Shown here: positions 1 through 9,452 of the stretch, one piece after another
How the letters are laid out: each line of letters begins with the position of its first letter
Position numbering within the stretch: position 1 is the first letter of the stretch
From: an uncultured Verrucomicrobiota bacterium
Lineage (GTDB): Bacteria > Verrucomicrobiota > Verrucomicrobiia > Limisphaerales > J093
Length of the DNA: 64,000 nucleotides
Assembly (NCBI GenBank): GCA_964466945.1
Contig: CAYXPA010000002.1
Location: forward strand, 24,837-88,836
Direction of reading: 5' to 3'
Position numbers and translations under genes: made by a program
The notes under the pieces: model-generated
The model's database searches: none
What the model was told of the DNA's origin: nothing
Seen by the model: only the letters and a program-made list of their open reading frames with translations

Positions 1-46
1 GAGCGCTACTCAACCAGGTCACAACAACGGCTTACCATCCGTCAAT

Positions 47-1141
47 TCAGCCACCCATTCGACGAGCCAGCCAGAGACCCAGTTTGGGGCAACCCAACAG
101 CCGATCCGCCACCCATCGCCGTGCGCGACCCGGCAGGTACAGTAGCGCCGGGGGCAAGATCCTGGGGCGGGCCCCCAAGCGCAAGTTAAACGCGTATCGG
201 CTCTTCGCCAATGCTTCTTCCATCGGTTCGTGCTCCTGCCAGCGCAAGGCTAGGGAACGGTCCATGCCCACAAAATCAACCTCGTCACACTGCCAATCGG
301 CGGCCAGGAGCATGGCACGATGATTCAAAAAGGCGTTTGCGTGCAGTCCAGGGCAGGCTTCGTTCCACCCCTTTTTCCAGAATGTGCAACGACGATTGAA
401 ACGTATCAAAAGCAAGCCCGCCACCCACTGGCCTTGGTATCTTGCCAATAACAAGCGCACCTCCGGAAACCACACATCCCACAAATGCTCGACCAGCTCC
501 AACCGACTCGGATTGGGCGTCACCCCCTGTCGGTGGCAACTGCCCAACATCAACTCGAAGAAAATCGGCAATGTCTCGCGCCCGCACTCGACAACCTCCA
601 CGCCCGCTTTCTGAGCAAAACGCGAGTGTTGCTTGGCTTTACGGCTCATCCGCGCTTCGATGGCCTCTGGACCGCCGGTCACATCCGCGACCAACGTGGC
701 ATCCAATACCCCAGGTACCGGACTTTTCCCAAAACCTTGCCGCCAAAGCAACCCCGGCGCAATTTGACTCCCGTCGGGCAGCTGCAGGGTCACCGCGCGG
801 AGATGCTGCTCGCGCGCAACTCGTTGAATACTCGCAAGAGCCTTGGCAAGCTCCGCATCCGTTTCCTCGCGCAGCACCGGCCCTTTGTTGACAAATCCGA
901 CCCGACCTAATCGCGTCGGCTTAATCAGCATCAAAAAACCGCCGGCCAAATCTGCCGCTCGTGCCGGCCAGGCCTCTAATACGCCTTGCCAACCTTCGGC
1001 CGCTTTGACCTCTGCCCAGCGCCAGGACTGCTGAAACTGTCCGCGCGGATTGGCGGTCAGGAAAGCCTCCCAGCGCTCTTTGACCGCGGGTTTGGACGCT
1101 GGGTTAACCGGCAACTCGTTGGTGGACAGTTCCGTTTGCAT
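47..1141 (-). CDS. FemAB-family (GNAT-fold, BioF2-like) acyl/aminoacyl transferase
   Basis: 364-aa ORF with no competing ORF. Layout and motifs (QQSWRWAEVK, FWKKGWNE, LHANAFLNHRAM) fit the two-lobed FemAB / lipid II glycyltransferase-like family as I recall it. Same architecture as 21339-22436 and 32247-33419. Recognised by eye, not searched. Confidence 0.7.
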   Translation of the reverse strand: MQTELSTNELPVNPASKPAVKERWEAFLTANPRGQFQQSWRWAEVKAAEGWQGVLEAWPARAADLAGGFLMLIKPTRLGRVGFVNKGPVLREETDAELAKALASIQRVAREQHLRAVTLQLPDGSQIAPGLLWRQGFGKSPVPGVLDATLVADVTGGPEAIEARMSRKAKQHSRFAQKAGVEVVECGRETLPIFFELMLGSCHRQGVTPNPSRLELVEHLWDVWFPEVRLLLARYQGQWVAGLLLIRFNRRCTFWKKGWNEACPGLHANAFLNHRAMLLAADWQCDEVDFVGMDRSLALRWQEHEPMEEALAKSRYAFNLRLGARPRILPPALLYLPGRARRWVADRLLGCPKLGLWLARRMGG

Positions 1142-1161
1142 CCTTCTGGAGGAATTTTATT

Positions 1162-2073
1162 TCAGGCCTCGGTTCCCCCCTCACGCACCGCATGAGACAG
1201 TGGCTCCGCAGCCTCAGTCCCCTTGCCGACAATTCCTGTAATCTTATCCATGTACCGAGGCATCAGCAGCCGCAACCCGCTTTCGATCAAGGGATTGAGG
1301 TGGTAACGCGCGGGCAAAGACACCGCCTCACACCCGCGCTGCAAGTAGAATTCATCCACGCCGGCTTCCCGTCCCTGCTTGCGCTGCCCCGCGTACACTT
1401 GGGCCCATCCGCACGCCGCCGCATGGGTCCGGACTGCGTGTAACATCAGACTGGCCACGTGGAGTTTGAGAGCGCGTTCCCGGGCGAAAAATGTGGCATA
1501 AAACAAGGTGCTTTCGACCGGCACAGCGATGACCACCGCCTGCAACACTCCGGCTTCAATCGCGCCCCAGACCAAGACCTTGGGAATGCGTACCACCTCG
1601 GTAGCCCAAGCGGCAAACCGCTCCGGGTCTTCCCGATCGGCTCGATACCTATAGCCGGTACGTTGGCGAAACTCCAAGTACACGACATGCCCTTCGCGCG
1701 CCAGAAGCTGCGGCTCCAACATCCGCTGTACTTGGAAATTCTTCAACGCCGTGCGCACCTCCCAGCGCCGTTTTTTCTCCAAGGACTCCAACCGGTATTC
1801 ATTCGCCCGCCGAAACAGCAAGAACGTCATGCGCGAATTGGCCCGGGCCGACTCGCCAACCACATGCTGAAACCCGCCCCAGCGGCTGGCTTGGGACTGG
1901 CGAACCTGTTCCGGATTAAGCACCTGGAATGGGATCAATGGCCGGTAGAAAAACGGACGCACCTGTCGCCACCACACCCCGCCGGATTCCAGCACCCGTG
2001 CCCCCATGGCCCGCTCGTAAGCGGCAAACTCCGCCACGGTCATGGACTCAACGCCGGTCATGCCTAATGCCAA
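1162..2073 (-). CDS. GNAT/FemAB-related acyltransferase-like protein (weak assignment)
   Basis: 303-aa ORF packed in the operon, 20 nt from the next gene. The C-terminal half (VLVWGAIEAGVLQAVVIAVPVESTLFYATFFARERALKLHVASLMLH) resembles a GNAT acyl-CoA-binding lobe. Confidence 0.5.
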   Translation of the reverse strand: MALGMTGVESMTVAEFAAYERAMGARVLESGGVWWRQVRPFFYRPLIPFQVLNPEQVRQSQASRWGGFQHVVGESARANSRMTFLLFRRANEYRLESLEKKRRWEVRTALKNFQVQRMLEPQLLAREGHVVYLEFRQRTGYRYRADREDPERFAAWATEVVRIPKVLVWGAIEAGVLQAVVIAVPVESTLFYATFFARERALKLHVASLMLHAVRTHAAACGWAQVYAGQRKQGREAGVDEFYLQRGCEAVSLPARYHLNPLIESGLRLLMPRYMDKITGIVGKGTEAAEPLSHAVREGGTEA

Positions 2074-2127
2074 CTTTCCCGACCTAGTTCCGATTTAGTC
2101 CGGGGGCTTGCTGCAGACCGTTTCCAT

Positions 2128-3543
2128 TCAGTTGCCCGGGCCACTAGGCCCGAGTGTCTCGGCTGCGCGAACCGCTGCTGTATTGCTAGTCGCGACCGCG
2201 ACCTCAGAACATTCATCATGTGATTCTGGGGGCAGTGTTCCCGCATCGGAGGTCGTCTGGCCGAGCAAAGTAACAATCACTTCCTCCAAGCGAGTTCGGG
2301 CCGACATTGCTGCCGACATTAAAGGCTGTCGAACCACATCCCGCTTACGATGCAACTCCAGAACTTTTCGTAATGCCTGCTCGGTGTCCACTTCCCGGCC
2401 GTCCACCACCCAATCTCCCATGCCAACCATTTCGAAGACACCCCGAAACTTGCGGCTGTAGGCAATTCCGACAGCCGGAACCCCCTGAGACAGCGCGGCG
2501 ATGCAGGCGTGCATGCGGGATCCTACGAAAAAGTCGCAGCAGCCAATGACGCCCTTGATTTCGTGGCAGTCGTATTCGCCGGTAACGATGCGTACACGGT
2601 TGCGAACCGCCGGCGGCAGCGCGCCGCGGACTTTGCGGCACGCTGCCGGATCACTTTCGACGCTCTCCGGCGGACCGTAGGTATGGGGAATCAGCCAGAG
2701 CTCACCGGGGTGGTGCTGAAGCAATGTTTCCACGAGCCGGGGCAACATGGCACAGTAGTCGAGTTTCAGTCCGAACATGTTGTCCCGCGTGTAACCGCCG
2801 TTGTACATGAGCCCGTTGACGTTGAGCCCGATGGGTCGGGGTTCCTTGTCCGAAGCTGGATCTTGCCCCGGGGCCAGCGGCGGGTCCGTTTCCAGCCGAG
2901 CCGGTATGCGCGCTTGCAAAGCAAAGGCGACGTCCGGGCTCAACCAGACCTCGCGCGCCTTACCCACTAATCCTTGTACCACGCGCTGGCTTTCCCGGTC
3001 GCGAGCCACAATCACCGAGGACCGTCGCAGAAGGTACCCAGCCAGCCAGCGTGTCCACCCACGCTGGTACGGTCCGTACGTCTGCGGGAAATGCACCAGT
3101 CCACCTTTGACCAGCACGACCGTCCAGCTAGCCAAAAAGCCGGTCAGAAACCTTCGCCACCCGTACAGGTCGCTGAAGCTGTCTCCCCCGCGGATGTCCC
3201 CCACGAAGGTCATCTCCTCCAACGCGGCGATCCAGCGCACCGAACGGCGCAACCAGCCTCGCAGCCTTCTCCATGGCATGACCCGGTACAAAACACAGGC
3301 CAAGACAATCCCCAGCAGGTGTTCAGAGGGGCGGGCCCTCGGCGAAAGGCGGTAATTCACCACCTGCGCTCTCACTGTCTCTTCGCCGACCCGAAACGCC
3401 GCTTCGCCCGGGGTGCGATGTCCCACGAAAAGGGCCACTTTCTCCACGCCCGATTGTCGGCACAAGCCGACCAGCGAGGCGCCCAGGGCCATGACCCCTC
3501 GGTTCCCGGAGCTGACCGGTGTTCCCAGGATGCCGACCCTCAT
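2128..3543 (-). CDS. polysaccharide pyruvyl transferase family protein
   Basis: ORF 2128-3573. Start moved to ATG 3543 (MRVGILGT), which forms an ATGA overlap with the upstream stop. The C-terminal motif CDFFVGSRMHACIAALSQGVPAVGIAYSRKF is typical of CsaB/WcaK-type pyruvyl transferases. Confidence 0.8.
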   Translation of the reverse strand: MRVGILGTPVSSGNRGVMALGASLVGLCRQSGVEKVALFVGHRTPGEAAFRVGEETVRAQVVNYRLSPRARPSEHLLGIVLACVLYRVMPWRRLRGWLRRSVRWIAALEEMTFVGDIRGGDSFSDLYGWRRFLTGFLASWTVVLVKGGLVHFPQTYGPYQRGWTRWLAGYLLRRSSVIVARDRESQRVVQGLVGKAREVWLSPDVAFALQARIPARLETDPPLAPGQDPASDKEPRPIGLNVNGLMYNGGYTRDNMFGLKLDYCAMLPRLVETLLQHHPGELWLIPHTYGPPESVESDPAACRKVRGALPPAVRNRVRIVTGEYDCHEIKGVIGCCDFFVGSRMHACIAALSQGVPAVGIAYSRKFRGVFEMVGMGDWVVDGREVDTEQALRKVLELHRKRDVVRQPLMSAAMSARTRLEEVIVTLLGQTTSDAGTLPPESHDECSEVAVATSNTAAVRAAETLGPSGPGN

Positions 3544-4694
3544 ACCGGCGTGCCCCCCGGCGAAAACCACCACCGATCGAACACAGTCTGCAACAACTCC
3601 CGATGGGTTTCACACAACACCATGTTGCGCACCCCTCGCAGGCGCCGTTCTCCCACCCAGAATCGTTCGACCCAGCCCCTCCGGTTCTGTCGGGTTAGGA
3701 TGGGGCCGTGCCCCAGCACGGTGCTCAGAGCGTCGTGCCGCTGCTCCTCACAGAACCGGAGCCACTCGGCTTCCACAAAGGCCGGGTCGGACACGCAACG
3801 GTTGCGTTGCTCCATGCGCTGCCGCCAGGCGTCCGCTTCTGCGGCCGCAAGCAGCCGTGCTCCCGGCACGGGTTTGGACTGCCGAAACGGAATGCATTCC
3901 ATCTGCGCTCGTCCTCCCGGCTCCAGGTCGAGCTGAACCAGAAACCCCTCGTGGAATCCCGGCTTGTCGCGGTAGATTTCCTCGTCCATGACCAGGGCCC
4001 CTTGTCCATAAACGATGTACCCGTGTTGGTATGGTTCCCAACCGCCCAGGGCATGCGGATGCTGCACGAGAACCGCAGTGGCGCCCAACTCGATCAAAAA
4101 CCGGCAGAGTCGCTGCACCCGGGGTGTGACGGGTTGGAACTCGGCCGCCCCATGGTAAAGAACGATCCAGTGATCCCACTGGGTTGCCTGCTCCCGGAGG
4201 GTGCGCACGAGGCCGATGAGATCGAGCGGATTGGCTCCCGGCGCATCCGGCCCTGCGATGGAAAACTCGTGCTCGGCGACGGCCAGAAAGGCCACCCGCA
4301 GCCCGGCCCCGTTCCAAACGTAAGGGCGCGACGCTTCAGTCAGATTCTCTCCCGCACCCACCGTGGCGATCCCTGCTTGCCGGCACACTTCCATGGTGTA
4401 ACACAGACCGGCGGCGCCGTGATCGAGGATGTGATTGTTTGCCAATGTGAGCAGCCCAATGCCGGCCCGACGCAAAGCCTCTGCACACAAGCCCGGGGCC
4501 CCGAGGACGGGCCCCGTTTTCCGGATGGGAGACGGTCGCTCGATCAAGGGACACTCCAGGTTGACCACCACCAGGTCCGCTTCCTGGAACCGAGGTAAGA
4601 GATTTCCAAACAGGGCCTCCGCGTCGCCCCGCTCGAAGTAAGGCCGGTTGTCGCCAATAGGGCAAATATCAGCACCAATAACGATTTTGGCCAT
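3540..4694 (-). CDS. CapA/PGA_cap family metallophosphatase-like protein
   Basis: 384-aa ORF. Motifs IVIGADICP, LTLANNHILDHG, WIVLYHGAAEF and VLVQHPHALGG match the CapA (poly-gamma-glutamate capsule) family signature. Confidence 0.8.
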   Translation of the reverse strand: MAKIVIGADICPIGDNRPYFERGDAEALFGNLLPRFQEADLVVVNLECPLIERPSPIRKTGPVLGAPGLCAEALRRAGIGLLTLANNHILDHGAAGLCYTMEVCRQAGIATVGAGENLTEASRPYVWNGAGLRVAFLAVAEHEFSIAGPDAPGANPLDLIGLVRTLREQATQWDHWIVLYHGAAEFQPVTPRVQRLCRFLIELGATAVLVQHPHALGGWEPYQHGYIVYGQGALVMDEEIYRDKPGFHEGFLVQLDLEPGGRAQMECIPFRQSKPVPGARLLAAAEADAWRQRMEQRNRCVSDPAFVEAEWLRFCEEQRHDALSTVLGHGPILTRQNRRGWVERFWVGERRLRGVRNMVLCETHRELLQTVFDRWWFSPGGTPV

Positions 4695-4715
4695 GGGCCC
4701 AAATCCAACTGCGCT

Positions 4716-5402
4716 TCACTTTGCCGTTGGCGCGGAGGGCACCCCGGGGACCTGGCGCACTTCGAGGATCTCACCCAACCGGCTCGGGGACCGCTCCCAC
4801 CACCGTGACTCCAAAACCTCTGGAATTTTGTCCTTGGGAATCCGCCAACCCACTCGGCGGGCAGGGAAACCACTCACCACGGCGTAATCCGGGACATCCA
4901 TGCAGACGACCGATCCCGGACGCACCACCGCCCCGATCCCGATGCGGCGCGTAGGCGGGACCACAGTCACGTTGTGGCCTAACCAGGCTCCGTGAGCGAT
5001 CTCCAGCTCTCCAAAGCAAAGCGGCGGGCCGCTGACCTTGCCCAAGCTCGGGTTGTAAAAGAAACCGTGGGTGGAGAGCAGATCGAACGGATGATTTCGC
5101 GTAAAAGTTCGCACGGTGTCGGCCACCCAGCAATATCGGCTGATTCGCGTCCCCCGGTGCAGGACCGAAGGCTTCTGGCGCCAGGGCCAGTAATTATAGG
5201 CCCCGATGCTCACTCCGTAGTAGCGCTCGACCAATCGCCGAATCGACAGCGAATAAGCCGGGCCGCCCTCTGCCAGTACGATCCAACGGCGCAAATGAAG
5301 CCGAAGCGTCTCGCTCGGCACGCGCGCATAAATCGGCAACAGCCAGGCAGCGCACGTGCGCATCCCTTCCGCCACTTCCGGACTTCCCCCGTCGATGTTC
5401 AC
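4716..5402 (-). CDS. hexapeptide-repeat acyltransferase (XAT/CatB-Vat-like class)
   Basis: 228-aa ORF. Left-handed beta-helix repeats are present (GAWLGHNVTVVPPTRRIGIGAVVRPGSVVCMDVPDYAVVSGFPARRV). Upstream segment ISRYCWVA...NHPFDLLSTHGFFYN. 4-nt overlap with the upstream gene. Confidence 0.8.
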   Translation of the reverse strand: MNIDGGSPEVAEGMRTCAAWLLPIYARVPSETLRLHLRRWIVLAEGGPAYSLSIRRLVERYYGVSIGAYNYWPWRQKPSVLHRGTRISRYCWVADTVRTFTRNHPFDLLSTHGFFYNPSLGKVSGPPLCFGELEIAHGAWLGHNVTVVPPTRRIGIGAVVRPGSVVCMDVPDYAVVSGFPARRVGWRIPKDKIPEVLESRWWERSPSRLGEILEVRQVPGVPSAPTAK

Positions 5403-6181
5403 AAGACGCGGCTCTCCTGCTCCGGCCGCCCATCCTGCTCCAGCCGGGCATTCAATGGCCTGCCGGAGGCCACTAGCTCATCGATCGATTTCAGCCACCA
5501 CTGCTCCTGCAACAGGTGCTGAATGGTTTCCGGACGAAAGCGGTAACGCACAACCCTGGCTGGATTGCCTGTAACCACGGCGTAAGGTGGCACATCTTCA
5601 TGCACCACAGATCCGGCGCCGATCACCGCGCCATGGCCAATGCGCCGGACCGAGGGCAGGATGACCGCGTTGTGGCCGATGTAGACGTCATGACCGACGA
5701 CCAAACCAGCCCCGGCAGAGCGGGTGGGTCGGGTCTCTTTGGACCACAGATTCCAAGCCGGCCCGCCGGCTGGCAAGATCTCGACAGGTCCATCCGATGC
5801 CATAATTCGCGCCGTGCAATAAACCGAGCAGTAGCGCCCAATAACCGTCCCGGCAGCGAACTGATCCGGGTCGGTCTCGCAGGGCCCAATGGTGTACAAC
5901 CCTACCTCGACGCCATGGTAGCGGGCCAGGATTTCCCGGACACTCCACGAATACACGGGGCCTTTTTCCAGACGCAGGACGCAGCGGCGTGCCCAAGGCC
6001 GCCATCCGACAGGAAGACCGGGATAGACAACCCGTGCGATCCAGCGACCCAGGCCGGATTGGACCCCTTCAGCCGGAGAGCCTGCAGTGGCTCGGGGCGG
6101 CTGGCCCGATGCCGAAGAACCCTCCCGCGATTCCAAGTTCAAGCGGCCTTCGTCTGTCATCAAGGCGCCTCTGTTTTGCAA
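5399..6181 (-). CDS. hexapeptide-repeat acyltransferase (XAT-like paralog)
   Basis: 260-aa ORF with hexapeptide repeats (VVGHDVYIGHNAVILPSVRRIGHGAVIGAGSVVHEDVPPYAVVTGNPARVVRYRF). It shares an N-terminal block (GPVYSWSVREILARYHGVEVGLYTIGP) with 4716-5402 and 12811-13758. Confidence 0.8.
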   Translation of the reverse strand: MQNRGALMTDEGRLNLESREGSSASGQPPRATAGSPAEGVQSGLGRWIARVVYPGLPVGWRPWARRCVLRLEKGPVYSWSVREILARYHGVEVGLYTIGPCETDPDQFAAGTVIGRYCSVYCTARIMASDGPVEILPAGGPAWNLWSKETRPTRSAGAGLVVGHDVYIGHNAVILPSVRRIGHGAVIGAGSVVHEDVPPYAVVTGNPARVVRYRFRPETIQHLLQEQWWLKSIDELVASGRPLNARLEQDGRPEQESRVL

Positions 6182-6194
6182 GGGCGGCTGGGTT

Positions 6195-6515
6195 TCACAA
6201 TCCCGATGAAGGGCTTTCCCCGCACCGTTCCTGCTGTCTTCTCGTTACAAATGCGACCAGACGCTCCAAGGTTCCGAAGTTTTCCTCTCCCACGTCGCCA
6301 TCGCCGACCCGGATGCGAAACTCCTCTTCTAGAAACTGAATGAGGCGCAGCAAGCCCAGCGAGTCCAGAAGCCCGTCCACCCCCACCAAGGGCTCCTGAG
6401 GGTCCAGTCCAGGCCGTCCTCCGCTCAAGATGTCTTCCAGAAGGAATCGTTCGATTTGTGCTTTCAGTTCCATATGTCGTTTAGGTTTCGTCGCCGCACC
6501 GACCGCAGAGTTCAC
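6195..6515 (-). CDS. acyl/peptidyl carrier protein
   Basis: 106-aa ORF, or 92 aa from internal ATG 6473. GVDGLLDSLGLLRLIQFLEEEF is carrier-protein helix II with the DSL serine for phosphopantetheine. The start overlaps the stop of the adenylation gene by 4 nt. Confidence 0.8.
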   Translation of the reverse strand: MNSAVGAATKPKRHMELKAQIERFLLEDILSGGRPGLDPQEPLVGVDGLLDSLGLLRLIQFLEEEFRIRVGDGDVGEENFGTLERLVAFVTRRQQERCGESPSSGL

Positions 6516-8200
6516 TCGTCCCCGGCGGGTGGATGCCTCAAAGTTTGCGGCCCGCTCTGAGCCCCGCCCTGGAGCTGCTTCAAAAGAGCCGGACGATCCG
6601 TTTTGCCCGTGGGAGTCTTGGGCAATGCGTCCAACAAATGAAATCGCTCAGGCACCATGTAAGCCGGCAGATGTTGCTGGCAAAACCCCACCAGATCGGA
6701 CGGAGCGAGGGAATGGCCTTCCCCCAGTACCACAAAGGCGTGGATGCGATTGCCCACCAAATCATCCGGCACCGCCACGGCAGCTGCTTCCTTGATCCCC
6801 TCATGTCGATAGAGGATGCTCTCGATCTCGCCTAATTCGATTCGGTATCCCCGGCTTTTGACCATGTGATCCCGTCGCCCCAGAAACAACCAGGTCCGAC
6901 CGTCCGCTCCCAGTTTGACCTGATCCCCCGTGCGATAGACGATTTCCGGGTAGTGATGATGCAGGGGATTTTGCTGGAAGTACCGCGCCGTTTTGGCCGG
7001 GTCGCCCCAGTAGCCCTGGGCGACTGTCGGGCCCCTGACCCAAAGCTCGCCCTCCTGCCCTGGCGCGGTCACCATTTGCCCGTCCTCGGTCAGGGCAAAG
7101 ACTTGGGTGTTCTCGCAGGCCCACCCGATGGGCAACGAGGCGGGTGCATCTTCCGCCAGATCCGAGGGCTGGACCCGGTAGTAAGTGCACACGTTGGTTT
7201 CCGTCGGTCCGTACAAGTTGTAATATGCGGCTCCCGGGATGGCCTGAACGAGTCGGCGCAGGTATTTCACAGGAAACACCTCACCGGCAAAGAGGATCAG
7301 ACGCAATGCGGACAGATCGTGGGTCTCCAACCGACCGTATTGGACCAGGAGGCTGAGGATGGACGGGACCATGTACGTGACGGTGATGCGTTCGTCCTGC
7401 CATAGGTCAGCTAGCTTCACCGGCAGGGCCGCAAGTTTCTCCGGAACCAGGACCACGCTCGCGCCGGCCCGTGCCGTTGCGTAAAGGTCGAACGTGGACA
7501 GGTCAAAGTGCAGAGGGGCCATGCTCGTGGTACGGTCCTCGACGTGCAGCTGGAACGTGTGGGACGCCCAGTGAATGAAGGTCAGGCAGGTGCGGTGGGA
7601 GATCATGACCCCCTTGGGCATGCCCGTGGACCCCGACGTATACAGGATGTAGGCCAGGTCCTTTTCGCTGGCAGGGCAGTGCACCGGGGTTGCCTCCTGG
7701 GCCTCAACAGCCTCCGGTCCGCACAGCTCTCCCCCCGGCCACCGTGCGGCTTCGCCTTGCAGGGGCTGATCCAGACAGAGCGCACCGCGGATGGGTGCAC
7801 CCTCCGCGACCAGGGCCGGTAGCTGAGCTGCGTGGGTGCCGTCCACAAGGATCACCTGTACCTCGCAGTCCCTGGCGATATAGGCCGCACGTCGCACCGG
7901 TGCCTGCGGGTCCAAGGGGACATACGCAGCACCGCATTTCATGACCGCATAGACCGCCTCGACGGAATGCAAGGATTTGTGCAGCCACAGGGCGACTCGA
8001 TCGCCTTTGCGCACCCCCGCCGCTCGGAGGGCGCGGGCCAGCCGATTGCTGCGCGCCTCGAGCTGACCGTAACTCCAGGTCTGGCCAAGAAACCGGGCCG
8101 CGGGCCGGTCCGCCGCGCGCTCGGCTGAGTTACTCAGAAGATGAGGAAGCAGGTATTCCATGTTGACACTATTCGCTCCGGACACAGCCCGATCGGGCAC
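6512..8200 (-). CDS. stand-alone amino-acid adenylation enzyme (DltA/NRPS A-domain-like AMP-ligase)
   Basis: 562-aa ORF with the full ANL core motif set: LAYILYTSGSTGMPKGV, HFDLSTFDLY, NLYGPTE, YRTGD, GRRDHMVKSRGYRIELGEIE, PKTPTGKTDR. Confidence 0.9.
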   Translation of the reverse strand: MPDRAVSGANSVNMEYLLPHLLSNSAERAADRPAARFLGQTWSYGQLEARSNRLARALRAAGVRKGDRVALWLHKSLHSVEAVYAVMKCGAAYVPLDPQAPVRRAAYIARDCEVQVILVDGTHAAQLPALVAEGAPIRGALCLDQPLQGEAARWPGGELCGPEAVEAQEATPVHCPASEKDLAYILYTSGSTGMPKGVMISHRTCLTFIHWASHTFQLHVEDRTTSMAPLHFDLSTFDLYATARAGASVVLVPEKLAALPVKLADLWQDERITVTYMVPSILSLLVQYGRLETHDLSALRLILFAGEVFPVKYLRRLVQAIPGAAYYNLYGPTETNVCTYYRVQPSDLAEDAPASLPIGWACENTQVFALTEDGQMVTAPGQEGELWVRGPTVAQGYWGDPAKTARYFQQNPLHHHYPEIVYRTGDQVKLGADGRTWLFLGRRDHMVKSRGYRIELGEIESILYRHEGIKEAAAVAVPDDLVGNRIHAFVVLGEGHSLAPSDLVGFCQQHLPAYMVPERFHLLDALPKTPTGKTDRPALLKQLQGGAQSGPQTLRHPPAGDE

Positions 8201-8249
8201 CGTCGGTCTCGGGCCGGGTGCCCGCCCGAGTCCGCCGGGTCGTGTACCG

Positions 8250-9404
8250 TTACAATCCCAGTAGCGAGGCTACCAGGTTGCACTGAATCTCGTTGGTCCC
8301 CGAGTACAACCGGCTGCCGATGGCATCCCGCAGTTCCCGTTCCAGTCCCGTCTCGACCCTGTATCCCAGTCCCCCGTGGATCTGGATGGCCTCCTCACAG
8401 GATTGGACCCATGCCTCGCTGATGTGCCTCTTGGTAAGGGCAGCCTCCAGGTACGCCGGTCGCTCTTGCGCCAGCAGCCAGGCCGTTCGATACAGCAGCA
8501 GGCGGGACGTCTCCAGACGCTCCCGCATGGCCACAATGCGGCCTGCCACCTGCTGATATTTCCCGATGGGCTCCCCGTACTGGCGTCGCTGCCGGGCGTA
8601 GCGGATCGAGGCTTCCAGCAACCGCCGCTGCGCACCCACCGCACTTGCAAGGATGCAGCCCCGTTCCCAGGTCATCGAGCGCATGAACACAAAAGTCCCT
8701 GCGCCCTCGTCGCCCAGTCGGTTGGCCACGGGCACCCGACAGTCGGTGAACATCACTTCGCCCGTGGGCGTGGTCCGCAACCCGGCCTTGTCCACGGGAC
8801 GCATGGTCAGACCAGCTCGATCTGTCTCCACCAAAAACACCGTGATCCCGGCGGGGCCTTTGCTCCGGTCCACGGTGGCATAAACCGTCAGGATGTGAGC
8901 CACCGGCGCATTGCTCACGAAGTTCTTGTGTCCGTTGAGGACATAGGAATCCCCCTCCCGCCGTGCCGTGGTTTCCAAGGCGAAGGCGTCGGAGCCCGCC
9001 TTGGGCTCCGTCATGGCATTGCCTCCGATCCATGCCCCACGGGCCAGCGCCGGTAAAAACCTCAGCTTCTGCTCGTTCGTTCCCAGCGCCAGCAAGGGCG
9101 TGACCACCGTCCAGAGATGCGCATGCAACGAGAACATCAGGCCGTTGTCGCAACAGGCGTAGCCAAGCCTCTCCAACGCCCCCACCATGGTCAGCGCATC
9201 GCACTCGAGCCCGCCGAATTGCTTCGGCACCGGCAAGCCGGGCAAGCCGAACCGGCCCAAAGCCTTCCACCCCGCGTGGTTGAAGCGCCCTTCCCGGTCT
9301 GCGGCCACCAGGTCACCGGTGAGCTCCGCCTTCGCAAACGCCTCCACTTCGTCGAAAAAACGCCGCTGTGTCTCGGTCCACGAAAATTCCATGCAGCCCT
9401 CCAA
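8250..9404 (-). CDS. acyl-CoA dehydrogenase-fold flavoprotein
   Basis: 384-aa ORF. Motifs GGNAMTEPKAGSD, GHKNFVSNAP, IQIHGGLGY and a C-terminal RDAIGSRLYSGTNEIQ. First gene of the dehydrogenase/adenylation/carrier triad. Confidence 0.85.
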   Translation of the reverse strand: MEGCMEFSWTETQRRFFDEVEAFAKAELTGDLVAADREGRFNHAGWKALGRFGLPGLPVPKQFGGLECDALTMVGALERLGYACCDNGLMFSLHAHLWTVVTPLLALGTNEQKLRFLPALARGAWIGGNAMTEPKAGSDAFALETTARREGDSYVLNGHKNFVSNAPVAHILTVYATVDRSKGPAGITVFLVETDRAGLTMRPVDKAGLRTTPTGEVMFTDCRVPVANRLGDEGAGTFVFMRSMTWERGCILASAVGAQRRLLEASIRYARQRRQYGEPIGKYQQVAGRIVAMRERLETSRLLLYRTAWLLAQERPAYLEAALTKRHISEAWVQSCEEAIQIHGGLGYRVETGLERELRDAIGSRLYSGTNEIQCNLVASLLGL

Positions 9405-9452
9405 TCACCCTGCCGATGCTCCCCCGGGCTAACCCCTCTCCCCGATCGTGCC

